32,000 bases of DNA from contig CAZIYE010000002.1 in the NCBI GenBank assembly GCA_964543385.1, positions 60,001-92,000 on the forward strand, written 5' to 3'. Below the pieces are notes generated by a model. That model was not told the origin of the DNA. It made no database searches and saw nothing but the letters and a program-made list of their open reading frames with translations. Source of the stretch: an uncultured Candidatus Saccharibacteria bacterium. GTDB lineage: Bacteria > Patescibacteriota > UBA1384 > XYA2-FULL-43-10 > 1-14-0-10-43-13. The position numbers and the translations under genes are program-made. Positions 15,370 to 25,777 of the stretch are shown in pieces (position 1 is the first letter of the stretch; every line of letters begins with the position of its first letter).

Positions 15370-15396
15370 ACTTTTAGAGTTGGCTAAATATTAAAA

Positions 15397-15825
15397 TTAT
15401 TTCTTGCTAAAGAAGCCATGTTTATCTGCTATGTCATCTACTTTTTCGGTCTCCAAAACAACAGGTTTTATTTCTTCTTTAGCCTTAATTTCTGCATTGA
15501 TCTGATTTGGCATTATGCTTTTTCCAACAAAGATCGCCCCCTCTTTTATTATCAAAGTTTTAGCGTTTACGTCGCCGTATATCTTGCCGGTAGGATTAAT
15601 CTCTAATTTCTCGGTGGCCTCTACTAGTCCTCGTATTTCTCCAGAAGCCTCAATCTTTTTTGCAATTACTGGTCCTTTGATTTGAGCGGTTTCTCCAACG
15701 ATTACATTTTCATCGCTTTTTACTTCCCCTTCAATAGTTCCATTTACTTGGATTGATCCTTTGTTGTGAATATTCCCTTTTAGGGTAACACTTACGCCGA
15801 TGATTGTGTCGACAGCATTCTCCAT
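15397..15825 (-). CDS. Bactofilin-family cytoskeletal protein
   Basis: 142 aa. Repetitive beta-helix pattern: TLKGNIHNKGSIQVNGTIEGEVKSDENVIVGETAQIKGPV...GKIYGDVNAKTLIIKEGAIFVGKS. Confidence 0.85.
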   Translation of the reverse strand: MENAVDTIIGVSVTLKGNIHNKGSIQVNGTIEGEVKSDENVIVGETAQIKGPVIAKKIEASGEIRGLVEATEKLEINPTGKIYGDVNAKTLIIKEGAIFVGKSIMPNQINAEIKAKEEIKPVVLETEKVDDIADKHGFFSKK

Positions 15826-15913
15826 AATTCTCCTTGTAGTTAGTTATAATGATCTAAGCCCATGATAACACAAAGATTAATTTGATAACAATTGTATATA
15901 ACTTTTTATATCC

Positions 15914-15942
15914 TTGATGATGGAGTCGATAAGTGGTATAAT
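15914..15942 (+). promoter_or_regulatory. Candidate uvrA promoter with extended -10
   Basis: TTGATG (15914-15919), a 17-nt spacer ending TGg, then TATAAT (15937-15942). The roughly 27-nt leader to ATG 15976 has no recognisable SD. Confidence 0.5.
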
Positions 15943-15975
15943 TCCAGATATTTCACCAGTAATACTTCGTAATAT

Positions 15976-18798
15976 ATGAATTCAATAAAAATTGTTGGTG
16001 CTAGAGAGCATAACTTAAAAAATATATCTCTTGAGATACCAAGAGATAAGTTGGTTGTTATCACTGGTTTGTCTGGTTCTGGTAAATCTTCCTTGGCTTT
16101 CGACACTATATATGCGGAAGGTCAGCGAAGATATGTGGAATCTCTATCATCTTACGCAAGACAATTTCTTGGTGTTATGGAAAAACCGGATGTCGATAGC
16201 ATAGAGGGGCTTTCGCCGGCAATCTCAATCGATCAAAAGTCGGCTTCAAGAAATCCTCGTTCAACTGTTGGAACGATCACTGAGATATATGATCATCTTC
16301 GGTTGCTTTTTGCTCGAGTTGGAACAATCCATTGTCCATCATGTGGTAAACCTGTTACCAAACAAACGATTAACCAGATTGCCAATCAAATTATTCTATC
16401 TACTAAAGAAACTCGCCGTATTGCTATTCTGGCGCCTGTTGTTGAGGACAAAAAAGGTGAACACAAGGATGTTCTTAGCAAAATAACGAAGACCGGTTTT
16501 TCGCGTATAAGACTCGATGGTACTATTATGGAAGTAGATGAAGCCGAGTCGAAAGAAATGGACAAAAATAAAAAACATAATATTGAGGTTGTAGTCGACA
16601 GACTAATTCTTGAAAAAGATCATGTTGATGAATCCACTAAAAGTCGTCTTTATGACTCGCTAGAAAAGGCTTTGTCTCAGGCAAATGGAAAAGTCATCAT
16701 CCATGATTATGAGTGTAAAAATGATAAGTTTTATTCAGAGCTATTTGCTTGCCCAGATTGTGGTATATCTATGCCAGAGATTCTGCCAAGATCTTTTTCT
16801 TTCAATTCGCCCCATGGTGCTTGTAAAACATGTCAAGGACTAGGTATTAAACAGGAGATCGATCCTCATCTTGTCTTGCCTAATCCAAAACTAACCATTT
16901 CTGAGGGGGCAATTCGTCCATGGGCCAGAAACATTGCACATAGCGGTTGGTATTTTAGAATTCTCGAAAAAGCTGCAGAGAAGCAGGGCGTGGATTTAAA
17001 TATTCCTATATCTAAGCTCTCGAAAGATGATCTAAATTTTATATTATTTGGCGCCGGAGAAGAGTCCTATAATATATCCGGTTATGAAGCAAAGTATGAA
17101 GGTGTAATACCTAATTTAGAGAGAAGATACAAAGAGTCAGAGTCGGACTACGTTAAACAAGAAATCGAAAAGTATATGGTGGTAAGGAAATGTCCCTCTT
17201 GCGGTGGAGCAAGATTGAAGAAGGAACTGTTGGGGGTTAAAATCGATGGTAAAAATATTTCCGAGATATCAAATCAAACTATTGAAGAAGCCCTAAGCTT
17301 TTTTAATCAATTGCCTGATAAACTTGACAAAGAGCAAAGGCAGATTGCTATTTTGATTATTAAAGAAATTAAAGAAAGACTAAAGTTCTTAATTAATGTA
17401 GGTCTTTCATATCTCACAATTGACCGTAATGCTGCTACATTGGCCGGAGGAGAAGCGCAAAGAATCAGATTAGCCACCCAAATCGGCTCTGGTCTAACAG
17501 GAGTACTCTATATCTTAGATGAACCATCAATAGGATTACATCAGCGAGACAATGATCGTCTTCTTCAAACACTCAAGGATCTAAGAGACCTTGGAAATAC
17601 TGTGATTGTCGTAGAGCATGACGAAGATACTATCATGAATGCTGACTGGGTTGTTGATATTGGTCCTGGCGCCGGAGAGCATGGGGGCAGAGTAATCTGT
17701 CAGGGCAAACCATCTGATATTAAAGATTGTGAAGAATCAATCACGGCTCAATATATATTTGGTAAGAAAAAGATCGAGCCACCTAAAGTTAGAAGAACGG
17801 GAAATGGCAATTATCTTGAAATTATAGGGGCTACTGAAAATAATCTTAAGAATATTAATGTCAAAATACCACTAAACACACTTACTAGTGTTACTGGTGT
17901 ATCCGGTTCGGGAAAATCGACTCTCATTAATGACATATTGGCGAAGTATCTTTCAAAAACGTTCCACAGGGCTCGTGTGGAACCAGGAGCTTTTCAAAAA
18001 ATTCTTGGCACGGAATTTCTAAATAAGGTCATTGATATAGATCAATCACCAATCGGAAAAACTCCTCGATCAAATACGGCAACATATACAGGTGTATTTA
18101 CATTGATTAGAGATCTCTTTGCAGCAACAGGAGAAGCGAAGATCCGTGGCTATAAGGCAGGCAGATTTTCATTCAATGTTAAGGGTGGGCGTTGTGAAAA
18201 ATGTCGAGGCGAGGGCGTTTTGAAGATAGAAATGCATTTTCTGCCGGATGTTTATGTGACCTGCGAAGAATGCAAAGGTAAAAGATATAATAAAGAAGCC
18301 CTCGAAGTCATATATAAGGGAAAAAATATTGCAGAAGTTCTGGATATGACAGTCGAAGAATCTCTTATTTTCTTTAAAAATATCCCGTCAATTTATCAAA
18401 AATTGCAGGTTCTTTTTGATGTAGGACTTGGATATATAAAACTAGGACAGCCAGCCACAACTCTTTCGGGCGGAGAGGCACAAAGAATAAAGCTCGCTAC
18501 AGAGCTAGCGCATAGAGGTACCGGCAAAACATTATATATTCTAGACGAGCCAACCACTGGATTGCATTTTGAGGATGTGAAGAAACTGATTGGCGTACTA
18601 TCAGCATTGGTTGATAAGGGCAATACTGTTTTGGTTATTGAACATAATCTTGACGTTATAAAAAGTGCTGATCATCTTATTGATCTGGGACCAGAGGGCG
18701 GTGATGGGGGAGGCCAGGTTATAGGAACGGGTACGCCAGAAGATATTGCAAAGATATCTGCCTCATATACTGGCAAATACTTGCGTAAAATTCTCTAG
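15976..18798 (+). CDS. uvrA: Excinuclease ABC subunit A
   Basis: 940 aa. Two ABC ATPase modules (GLSGSGKSS; GVSGSGKST; two LSGGEAQR signatures). Zn modules: CPDCG...[23 protein letters not shown]...CEECKGKRY. Confidence 0.97.
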   Translation: MNSIKIVGAREHNLKNISLEIPRDKLVVITGLSGSGKSSLAFDTIYAEGQRRYVESLSSYARQFLGVMEKPDVDSIEGLSPAISIDQKSASRNPRSTVGTITEIYDHLRLLFARVGTIHCPSCGKPVTKQTINQIANQIILSTKETRRIAILAPVVEDKKGEHKDVLSKITKTGFSRIRLDGTIMEVDEAESKEMDKNKKHNIEVVVDRLILEKDHVDESTKSRLYDSLEKALSQANGKVIIHDYECKNDKFYSELFACPDCGISMPEILPRSFSFNSPHGACKTCQGLGIKQEIDPHLVLPNPKLTISEGAIRPWARNIAHSGWYFRILEKAAEKQGVDLNIPISKLSKDDLNFILFGAGEESYNISGYEAKYEGVIPNLERRYKESESDYVKQEIEKYMVVRKCPSCGGARLKKELLGVKIDGKNISEISNQTIEEALSFFNQLPDKLDKEQRQIAILIIKEIKERLKFLINVGLSYLTIDRNAATLAGGEAQRIRLATQIGSGLTGVLYILDEPSIGLHQRDNDRLLQTLKDLRDLGNTVIVVEHDEDTIMNADWVVDIGPGAGEHGGRVICQGKPSDIKDCEESITAQYIFGKKKIEPPKVRRTGNGNYLEIIGATENNLKNINVKIPLNTLTSVTGVSGSGKSTLINDILAKYLSKTFHRARVEPGAFQKILGTEFLNKVIDIDQSPIGKTPRSNTATYTGVFTLIRDLFAATGEAKIRGYKAGRFSFNVKGGRCEKCRGEGVLKIEMHFLPDVYVTCEECKGKRYNKEALEVIYKGKNIAEVLDMTVEESLIFFKNIPSIYQKLQVLFDVGLGYIKLGQPATTLSGGEAQRIKLATELAHRGTGKTLYILDEPTTGLHFEDVKKLIGVLSALVDKGNTVLVIEHNLDVIKSADHLIDLGPEGGDGGGQVIGTGTPEDIAKISASYTGKYLRKIL

Positions 18799-19829
18799 GA
18801 AATACGACCTCGCTGGATATTTCTATAAAATGTTTCTGAATCATCTTGCTGATATTCAGGAATCGCTATTTTAGTTGATTCTATATAGGACCAAATTTTT
18901 TCCTGAGCCCATAAGTAGCAAATGATGCTTTCTGCGCCACTATTTCTTGATATAGATTTCTCCCTCATTCCATCAAAACAACGTTTAGTTTTGCAATCGA
19001 CCAATTGTCTGTTTAATATGTTGTTACCCCAGAACCATGAAAAATAAAATTTTGCCTCTGATAAGTAGTGATAGTTTGAAGTTATCTCATAAGCCTCAAT
19101 GTTTGCTATCACCTGGTAGGCGATATCTATTGGTTGCTGGTCGTAGAGTGATTTTTTTTGGCCCTGGCGATACCATCCTTTGTTCCCGATTGTTATAGGT
19201 GACGTATTATGTTTAGTTTTTTTATTCAAAAAATCTAACATTGCTAGGCCTGCAGCAAATACATCTTTATCGAAAAAATTTCTATGATATGCAAAAAAAC
19301 TCATAGGTACTATTGCATTTCCATATGTAAGACTGTGTTCGATCCATTCCCATCCTTTTGAAGAATTCTTAACGTAGATTTTTAATAATTTGTTTTGCAG
19401 TATTTTTGCTAGAGTATGGTTTTCTAAGACAGCGCCGATAAGTGCATATGAATTTCCTCTAACGCTTTCAAATCTATTTATCATCGTCTCTATTCTAATC
19501 TGTGAATATTTCGTTTGACTTGTCTTATTCCATAGTGCTAGTGCCCAATATGTTTGGCCAAGCGCATCTTCTGATGGCGATGAAGGAAGGGGATTTCTGT
19601 CTTTGTCATAAAAATTATTGCCACCATCGTTTTCAAGACAATTTTTTAAGAAGTCAAAATAAATCTTTATTAATCCTTTTGGCCCATATAACATAGTAAA
19701 AATCATAGCTCTGGCGGCATCATCTAAGGCGTAACCGTGCTTTTTGTCTATCTTTTTTCCACTAGAATGTTGCCAGATAGAAAAATCATCAGTAAGAAAC
19801 TCTAAATAACTTGTTGAAATACGTTCCAT
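18795..19829 (-). CDS. Hypothetical protein, possibly an alpha/alpha-toroid glycan-active-enzyme-like fold
   Basis: 344 aa. The N-terminal motif WQHSSG...[12 protein letters not shown] and Trp/Tyr-rich helical segments recall proteins that accompany GT4 enzymes (from memory, weak). Its stop overlaps the uvrA stop (CTAG, 18795-18798). Confidence 0.5.
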   Translation of the reverse strand: MERISTSYLEFLTDDFSIWQHSSGKKIDKKHGYALDDAARAMIFTMLYGPKGLIKIYFDFLKNCLENDGGNNFYDKDRNPLPSSPSEDALGQTYWALALWNKTSQTKYSQIRIETMINRFESVRGNSYALIGAVLENHTLAKILQNKLLKIYVKNSSKGWEWIEHSLTYGNAIVPMSFFAYHRNFFDKDVFAAGLAMLDFLNKKTKHNTSPITIGNKGWYRQGQKKSLYDQQPIDIAYQVIANIEAYEITSNYHYLSEAKFYFSWFWGNNILNRQLVDCKTKRCFDGMREKSISRNSGAESIICYLWAQEKIWSYIESTKIAIPEYQQDDSETFYRNIQRGRIS

Positions 19830-19889
19830 TGTTTATCTTAAATAATTTGTATTAATATAAATAAATAATAATTTAAAGAAAGAGGATAT

Positions 19890-20327
19890 ATGCAAATATC
19901 TAGTTCTGCTTTCGAGAATGGTGAGAAAATCCCTCAAATCTTTACTTGTGATGGTCAAGATATAAGCCCGCATTTGCTCATAAGCGATGTTCCGAGCGAG
20001 GCTCTAAGTCTAGCGCTAATCATGGACGATCCTGATGCCCCCAGAGGAATCTGGACGCATTGGATAATGTGGAATATTCCACCACAGACCATCGATATCC
20101 CTGAGGGAGATTTTGTGGAGGATACTGTTGAGGGGATAAACAGCTCCGGCTCTCAGGGATATTCCGGACCGTGTCCCCAAGACAAAACCCATCGATATTT
20201 TTTTAATTTATATGCCCTAGACACAGTTTTAGATCTGGGGGCTGATGCTGACCTCGAAGAACTGACCGCAGAAATGCAAGGACATATAATTACCGAAGCA
20301 AAGTTTTTTGGCACCTATGGAAGATAG
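19890..20327 (+). CDS. YbhB/YbcL-family PEBP (Raf-kinase-inhibitor-like) protein
   Basis: 145 aa. LIMDDPDAPRGIWTHWIMWNIP and HRYFFNLYALD are PEBP signatures. Confidence 0.85.
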   Translation: MQISSSAFENGEKIPQIFTCDGQDISPHLLISDVPSEALSLALIMDDPDAPRGIWTHWIMWNIPPQTIDIPEGDFVEDTVEGINSSGSQGYSGPCPQDKTHRYFFNLYALDTVLDLGADADLEELTAEMQGHIITEAKFFGTYGR

Positions 20328-20412
20328 AATTGTAATGCTCTCTAAAGATTTTTATTTTGTATTATGTTCATAATTTAGGTACAGGACATATAAATAAAAT
20401 ACAGAAGCTTTT

Positions 20413-20523
20413 ATGTTAGACGGATTTATTTTTTATACAATTATCGCTTGGGTTATCTATGTTCTCTTGGTCACAGTTCTTATTTTAGTGATTTTAGCTC
20501 TACTTAAATATATTAAAGGATAA
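20413..20523 (+). CDS. Possible 36-aa single-TM micropeptide, speculative
   Basis: Hand translation gives MLDGFIFYTIIAWVIYVLLVTVLILVILALLKYIKG. It ends 9 nt before the next gene. No clear SD. Hydrophobic ORFs arise easily in AT-rich DNA. Confidence 0.25.
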   Translation: MLDGFIFYTIIAWVIYVLLVTVLILVILALLKYIKG

Positions 20524-20532
20524 GGTCAAATT

Positions 20533-20955
20533 ATGAATACAGGACTAGATGTTTTTGATACAACAATTGAGAAGTCGAATAAAATCTTGAAATCAATAGA
20601 GCAGGATATGGGTTGGGAAAATCGTCGCAATCAATCATATCTTGCCCTAAGATCTGTATTACATGCCCTGAGAGATCGATTGCCTATAGAAGAGGCAGTA
20701 CACTTCAGCGCTCAATTAACGCCACTTATAAAGGGTATTTATTTTGATGGCTGGGTTCTTCTTGACGTGCCGGTGAAAATGAATAAAGAGGAATTTTTGG
20801 CTTGCATTGGCAATCAATTCAAACTTGATGTGGACGGTGGAATTGAGAAGATGACAAAAATTGTACTCGAAAAAATCTTTGAAGCGATAGATCCAGGAGA
20901 GGCAAATAAAATTATTGCAGCGCTGCCAAAAGATATTGCTAGTATTCTTTGCTAG
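20533..20955 (+). CDS. DUF2267-family protein
   Basis: 140 aa. SYLALRSVLHALRDRLPIEEAVHFSAQLTPLIKGIYFDGW matches the remembered DUF2267 pattern. Confidence 0.7.
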   Translation: MNTGLDVFDTTIEKSNKILKSIEQDMGWENRRNQSYLALRSVLHALRDRLPIEEAVHFSAQLTPLIKGIYFDGWVLLDVPVKMNKEEFLACIGNQFKLDVDGGIEKMTKIVLEKIFEAIDPGEANKIIAALPKDIASILC

Positions 20956-21015
20956 ATATTAAATTACTAGCAACTTTCTAAGTCAACTAGAAGCATAAAT
21001 TGGATATGGGGAGAA

Positions 21016-22086
21016 ATGTTTGGAACAGAAATAAAACTGGCAAAAATTAAAGGGATAGAGATAGTACTTGATATTTCTTGGTTTTGGATATTCATTTTAG
21101 TAGCTCTCTCTTTTTATTTTTCCGTGGAATCTTTAAGCTTTAATACTTTGACTAGAGTTAGTCTATCGGTTATTGCATCATTGTTATTATTTATTTCAGC
21201 ATTGCTTCATGAGCTATCGCATGCATTGATTGCAAAGAGATATGGAATGCCTACTAGAAAAATCACTTTATTCCTATTCGGCGGAGTATCAAATATTACT
21301 GCTGAACCGAAGACGCCATCTGCCGAACTTAACATTGCTCTAATTGGTCCAATTTCTAGCATATTAATTGGCTTAATCTTTATCGCCTTTTATTACATTT
21401 TTGCCGAATATGAACCACTAAAATGGCTATTTATAAACCTTAGCTACCTAAATTTTATGCTAGCTATTTTTAATAGTCTGCCAGCATATCCTTTAGATGG
21501 GGGACGCATATTCCGATCTATAATTTGGAAAAAAATCGGCAATTTGAACAATGCAACAGAATTGGCTGCCGTAACCGGAAAAATTGTAGCTGGAGGCATG
21601 GTCGTCTGGGGTGTGATTCAATTTCTACTCCTGGGTATAATATCTGGATTGTGGCTAGCATTTATCGGAGTATTTATATACAGGTTAGCCGCTTCTAGCC
21701 CGATGCAAACTAGAATAATGAAAAAGATTCAGGGAGTAAGAGTAAAAGATATATACAGACATTATCCGCATTATTATCTGGGGAAGAATATAGAAAAGAT
21801 TATGAATGAAACACAAGATGGGTTGTACGATTACGTAATATTATCGGAAGAAAATATTCGAATTGGTATTCTCCCCGTGGAATTGCTAACTAAAGAAGAT
21901 AGCATTATCTTAGGCGGTGTTATCCCTCTTAATAAACTCAAGGCAGTTGATACGGGGGACGATTTGCTAAAGGCTTTAGATTTGCTAGAAAGAAGTGAGT
22001 ACCCAGTAATTAGAATATTAAAAAATAATGAATTTGTGGGAATTATCTCCATAAATGATATTTTATATTTCGTAAGAGCAGCATGA
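21016..22086 (+). CDS. Site-2 (M50) family zinc metalloprotease with C-terminal CBS pair
   Basis: 356 aa. HELSHAL (HExxH) within a TM helix, second motif NSLPAYPLDGGRI, multiple TM helices, and a CBS-like tail (VRVKDI...; VIRILKNNEFVGIISINDIL). Confidence 0.85.
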   Translation: MFGTEIKLAKIKGIEIVLDISWFWIFILVALSFYFSVESLSFNTLTRVSLSVIASLLLFISALLHELSHALIAKRYGMPTRKITLFLFGGVSNITAEPKTPSAELNIALIGPISSILIGLIFIAFYYIFAEYEPLKWLFINLSYLNFMLAIFNSLPAYPLDGGRIFRSIIWKKIGNLNNATELAAVTGKIVAGGMVVWGVIQFLLLGIISGLWLAFIGVFIYRLAASSPMQTRIMKKIQGVRVKDIYRHYPHYYLGKNIEKIMNETQDGLYDYVILSEENIRIGILPVELLTKEDSIILGGVIPLNKLKAVDTGDDLLKALDLLERSEYPVIRILKNNEFVGIISINDILYFVRAA

Positions 22087-22267
22087 TGTAAACTGCATTA
22101 TAATAATACTGTGGCCGTTATTAAATTGCTCAGTGAAAATAATTATTAGTAATATTAATAAAACCAGAAATAGTATTAATCATAATGAAGTATGGGAGTT
22201 GGTTCAAAAAGTATTTAACTAAATATGAATTATTTGTGAATTGTTGAAAAGTTAACACGGCAAAAGG

Positions 22268-22295
22268 TTGCTAAAATTAGTTACCGTTTTATAAT
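22268..22295 (+). promoter_or_regulatory. Candidate promoter for the FMN-reductase gene
   Basis: TTGCTA (22268-22273), a 16-nt spacer, then TATAAT (22290-22295). This implies a very short leader without an SD before ATG 22312. Confidence 0.35.
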
Positions 22296-22311
22296 TAACA
22301 TTGGCTTTAGA

Positions 22312-22881
22312 ATGGATGATCAGATTAAAATTTTAGGAATCGCTGGTAGCATAAGAGAGGGATCTTACAATAGGATGTTGCTAAAATTTGCCAAGAGTTC
22401 GGCTAATCAGTCACTGGCAAGTATGAATATCTATGATATCGAGAAATTGCCGTTATATAACCAAGACATGGAGCAAAATTTGCCGAACAGTGTTAAAGAA
22501 TTCAAGCAGGCGGTAGCGGAGTCAGATGCGATTTTGATGGTCACCCCAGAGTATAACTATTCAATCTCTGGTGTCTTAAAAAATGCAATTGACTGGGCTT
22601 CGCGACCATTTGGTGATAATTCTTGGGCAGGGAAACCAGTTGCGATAATGGGGGCTTCTACTTCTGGCTTTGGAACGCTTCGAGCCCAGCTTCATTTGAG
22701 GCAAATATTCCTATATCTTAACATGCATCCAGTCGCTGAGCCTGAAATTTATGTTTCTTATGCGGATCAAAGATTCAATAAGAGCGGCGAATTAATAGAT
22801 GATGATATAAGAATGAAAGTCAAAAATTTACTCGATGCCTTGATTATAAAGACAAGGTCAATAAAGGGTCTGTCATGGTAG
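22312..22881 (+). CDS. NAD(P)H-dependent FMN reductase family oxidoreductase
   Basis: 189 aa. ILGIAGSIREGSYNR and TPEYNYSISGVLKNAIDWASRP are typical of the SsuE/ChrR/YieF-like family. Confidence 0.85.
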   Translation: MDDQIKILGIAGSIREGSYNRMLLKFAKSSANQSLASMNIYDIEKLPLYNQDMEQNLPNSVKEFKQAVAESDAILMVTPEYNYSISGVLKNAIDWASRPFGDNSWAGKPVAIMGASTSGFGTLRAQLHLRQIFLYLNMHPVAEPEIYVSYADQRFNKSGELIDDDIRMKVKNLLDALIIKTRSIKGLSW

Positions 22882-22946
22882 AGTATTCGGGGATATAATC
22901 AATCTTTCTAATTGCATTTTAAGCTCAAAAAGCATATGCTTGAGTT

Positions 22947-23864
22947 ATGAATTGGTTTACTATTTCGCTTTTGCCACCAATGATTTGGGCTCTCTCAAAT
23001 CATTTTGATAAATATCTGCTCAACAAATTCTTCAAGAATATAGGTGGCGGTCCACTTATTATATTGACATCCCTTACTGCTCTTATAACTCTTCCTTTGA
23101 TCCTGCTATTTTCTTCAGCTGAGATATCGATGAACGCTCCTGCGATATTAGCTCTGATAGGGCTTGGACTGTTAGGAATGGGCGGCGGACTTCTATATAT
23201 CTATGCTATGAGTAAGGATGATCCAAGTGTCGTCATCCCGCTTTTTCAGATGATTCCAGTATTCAATTATTTCCTAGGTTTAATTTTTCTGAAAGAAACT
23301 CTTTCCACGGTGCAGTTAATAGGATCAGTTCTTGTTATCGGTGGGGCGATATTTCTGACAACTGAGCAAGAAGGAAGAAAGTTTAAAATTAAAGCAGGTA
23401 TATTTTGGGTAATGGCTTTGAATTGTATCCTGCATTCTTTCTTTGACCTATCTTTTAAATATATTGCAAAATCAGAAAATCTTTGGGGGGCAAATTTCTG
23501 GGTTTACTTTGGCATGGCTCTTTTTGGAATAGCCATTTTGATATTCAGCAAGGATTGGCGAAACAAATTTTTTAGTATTTTTAAATACAATAGGACAAAG
23601 ATAATTTCTCTTGGTTTAATTAGTGAAGGCGGTAGCATAGTAGCTAATTTGATATTCAATTATGCTTTGCTTCTTATGCCAATTGCACTTGTTTCAGTTG
23701 TTAGTAACGGTCTCCAGCCATTTTTTGTTCTCTTATTCGGTATTGTTCTAACAGTGATTTTTCCGGAGATCTGTCATGAAAAATTGACAACCAGAAACCT
23801 TGCGCCAAAAATTGCTTTTATTGCAATCATTTTTATTGGTACATATCTTTTAAATATTAAATAA
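22947..23864 (+). CDS. EamA/DMT-superfamily transporter
   Basis: 305 aa with about 10 TM helices and the two-fold EamA-like repeat layout. Confidence 0.75.
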   Translation: MNWFTISLLPPMIWALSNHFDKYLLNKFFKNIGGGPLIILTSLTALITLPLILLFSSAEISMNAPAILALIGLGLLGMGGGLLYIYAMSKDDPSVVIPLFQMIPVFNYFLGLIFLKETLSTVQLIGSVLVIGGAIFLTTEQEGRKFKIKAGIFWVMALNCILHSFFDLSFKYIAKSENLWGANFWVYFGMALFGIAILIFSKDWRNKFFSIFKYNRTKIISLGLISEGGSIVANLIFNYALLLMPIALVSVVSNGLQPFFVLLFGIVLTVIFPEICHEKLTTRNLAPKIAFIAIIFIGTYLLNIK

Positions 23865-23873
23865 GGGAAAAAT

Positions 23874-24623
23874 ATGAAAGTTACAATCTTAGGAAGTGGA
23901 TCATTTATCTCAAGTCTTGACCATTTCGGACCAAGTTATCTCATCGAGCATAATAATAGAAAGATATTGGTTGATGCAGGGCAAGGAACGTCAATTCAGC
24001 TTTTAAAATTAGGGATCAAATTAGAGGATATCGATTACATCTTCATTACGCATTTTCACGGTGATCATAATGCTGATCTACTTGCCTTGTTGCTTTGGCC
24101 AAAAATTGCGCAAAGGCAGGGTATCGAGATTAGCAAAACAATAAAAGTTTTTGGTCAACCAGGTATTAAGCAATTTGTTGATGATGTTTTTTCAGTCTTT
24201 TGTCATACTCCTGGCGGTTTCTACGAAGTCACTGAATTGGAAAATTTTATTCAGATTGAGGGAATTAAAGTTACCGCAATTCCAGTTGTCCATACCGATA
24301 TTCCTGCTGTTGCATATCGGTTTGAATTAAAGGACAAAGTTCTTGTTTTTTCCGGTGATTGTACTCAATGTGATGGAATCAAGAAAGCAAGCAAGGCAGC
24401 GGACCTTTTCATAGTTGATTCATCAAATCCAAAAGAAGTCGAAAACGAATTTCATCTAAATACTATGCAGATAGGAAGGTTATGCGAGGAAAATGGTATT
24501 AAAAAAGTTGTCCTATCTCACCTGACTCATTCCGTGTTCACTAGAGATCTCGTTTCGGAGGTAAAGGAAAATTATTCAGGTGAAGTAATCCTCGCTAAGG
24601 ATTTAATGAGTTTCGAGGTTTAA
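23874..24623 (+). CDS. MBL-fold metallo-hydrolase (RNase Z / beta-lactamase-like)
   Basis: 249 aa. HFHGDHNAD (HxHxDH) motif with downstream D/H ligands (SGDC, SHLTH). Confidence 0.8.
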   Translation: MKVTILGSGSFISSLDHFGPSYLIEHNNRKILVDAGQGTSIQLLKLGIKLEDIDYIFITHFHGDHNADLLALLLWPKIAQRQGIEISKTIKVFGQPGIKQFVDDVFSVFCHTPGGFYEVTELENFIQIEGIKVTAIPVVHTDIPAVAYRFELKDKVLVFSGDCTQCDGIKKASKAADLFIVDSSNPKEVENEFHLNTMQIGRLCEENGIKKVVLSHLTHSVFTRDLVSEVKENYSGEVILAKDLMSFEV

Positions 24624-24627
24624 AATA

Positions 24628-25776
24628 ATGAATGACATATATAATAATGAAATCCGACAAGATAAATTACCAGTAGTAATAATTACTGGATATCCTGGTG
24701 CGGGCAAGACCACTTTGGGGAAGAGATTGTCAGAGAGATTCTGCATACCATTCATCAGCAAGGATGAGATAAAAGAAATAATGTTTGATAGTCTTGGCTG
24801 GGATAATAGGGAGTGGTCAATAAAGTTAGGCTCTGCCAGCTACGATCTAATGTTTTATTTTGCTAAAAAAGTTATTGAATCGAATAAACCTTTTATTCTA
24901 GAAACATTTTTCAGCAAAATAAGCGAAAAAGAAATTACCAATTTAGAGAGAGAGTTTAATATTTATCCTATACAAATTATTTGCTCTACCAGCCCAGATG
25001 TAATTTTAAATAGAGTAAAGGATAGAGTACAAAATGGCGAAAGACATCCCGGCCATGTTGATCATACTAGGTATGATGAACTGGCTGATAAAGTAAAAGA
25101 AGAATACCGACCACTTGATATAGGTGGCTCCATGATGACTATAGATACTTCGGATTTTTGTAGGATAAAATATGATGAGATTTATAATTTTGTAACAAAC
25201 AATCTGTACGGCAAGCCCAATATGAGAGATGACTTGCTAGAAAAATCAATTGGTTTTACTGATCGATCATTTGGCAAGAAAAAACAGCACTTTGTTAAGA
25301 CCCTTCATTGGTTGCTTCAACTAAAGCCCAATGCTGATATGGCTTTCCAGGTAGCTGCCTATACACATGATGTTGAGAGAGCGTTTAAAAAAGCTAATGG
25401 AAGAAAACGTTTAATTTATAAAACCAAGGATGATCTTATAAGACACGAGAAAGATAGCGGATCAATAATGTATGATTTTCTGATAAAAGAAGGAGCAACT
25501 AAATCATTTGCTTCTAGGGTCAACGAGCTAATTTCCTCGCACGAAGAGGGTGGTAGCGCTGATCAAAGTCTTCTCAGGGATTGTGATTCTATCAGTTATC
25601 TAGAAATTAATGCTCCTCGTAATTTGGAATGGCTTGGCGAGGTGCCAGAAAGTGAGATGAGGGAGAAGTTTGACTGGATGTACAAAAGAATCGGATCAGC
25701 TAGAGCTAAGAAAATTGCTAAACCTTTTTATAATAAAGCAGTAGCCATGTTGGAAGAAAAAATAAAAAATAAGTAG
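24628..25776 (+). CDS. Fusion of a P-loop kinase-like domain and a helical DUF4202-like C-terminal domain
   Basis: 382 aa. N-terminal Walker A GYPGAGKTTLGKRL (AAA_33 / small-molecule-kinase-like). The C-terminal 180 aa or so carry AAYTHDVER and LLRDCDSISYLE, resembling DUF4202 (from memory, unverified). Confidence 0.65.
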   Translation: MNDIYNNEIRQDKLPVVIITGYPGAGKTTLGKRLSERFCIPFISKDEIKEIMFDSLGWDNREWSIKLGSASYDLMFYFAKKVIESNKPFILETFFSKISEKEITNLEREFNIYPIQIICSTSPDVILNRVKDRVQNGERHPGHVDHTRYDELADKVKEEYRPLDIGGSMMTIDTSDFCRIKYDEIYNFVTNNLYGKPNMRDDLLEKSIGFTDRSFGKKKQHFVKTLHWLLQLKPNADMAFQVAAYTHDVERAFKKANGRKRLIYKTKDDLIRHEKDSGSIMYDFLIKEGATKSFASRVNELISSHEEGGSADQSLLRDCDSISYLEINAPRNLEWLGEVPESEMREKFDWMYKRIGSARAKKIAKPFYNKAVAMLEEKIKNK

Positions 25777-25777
25777 G

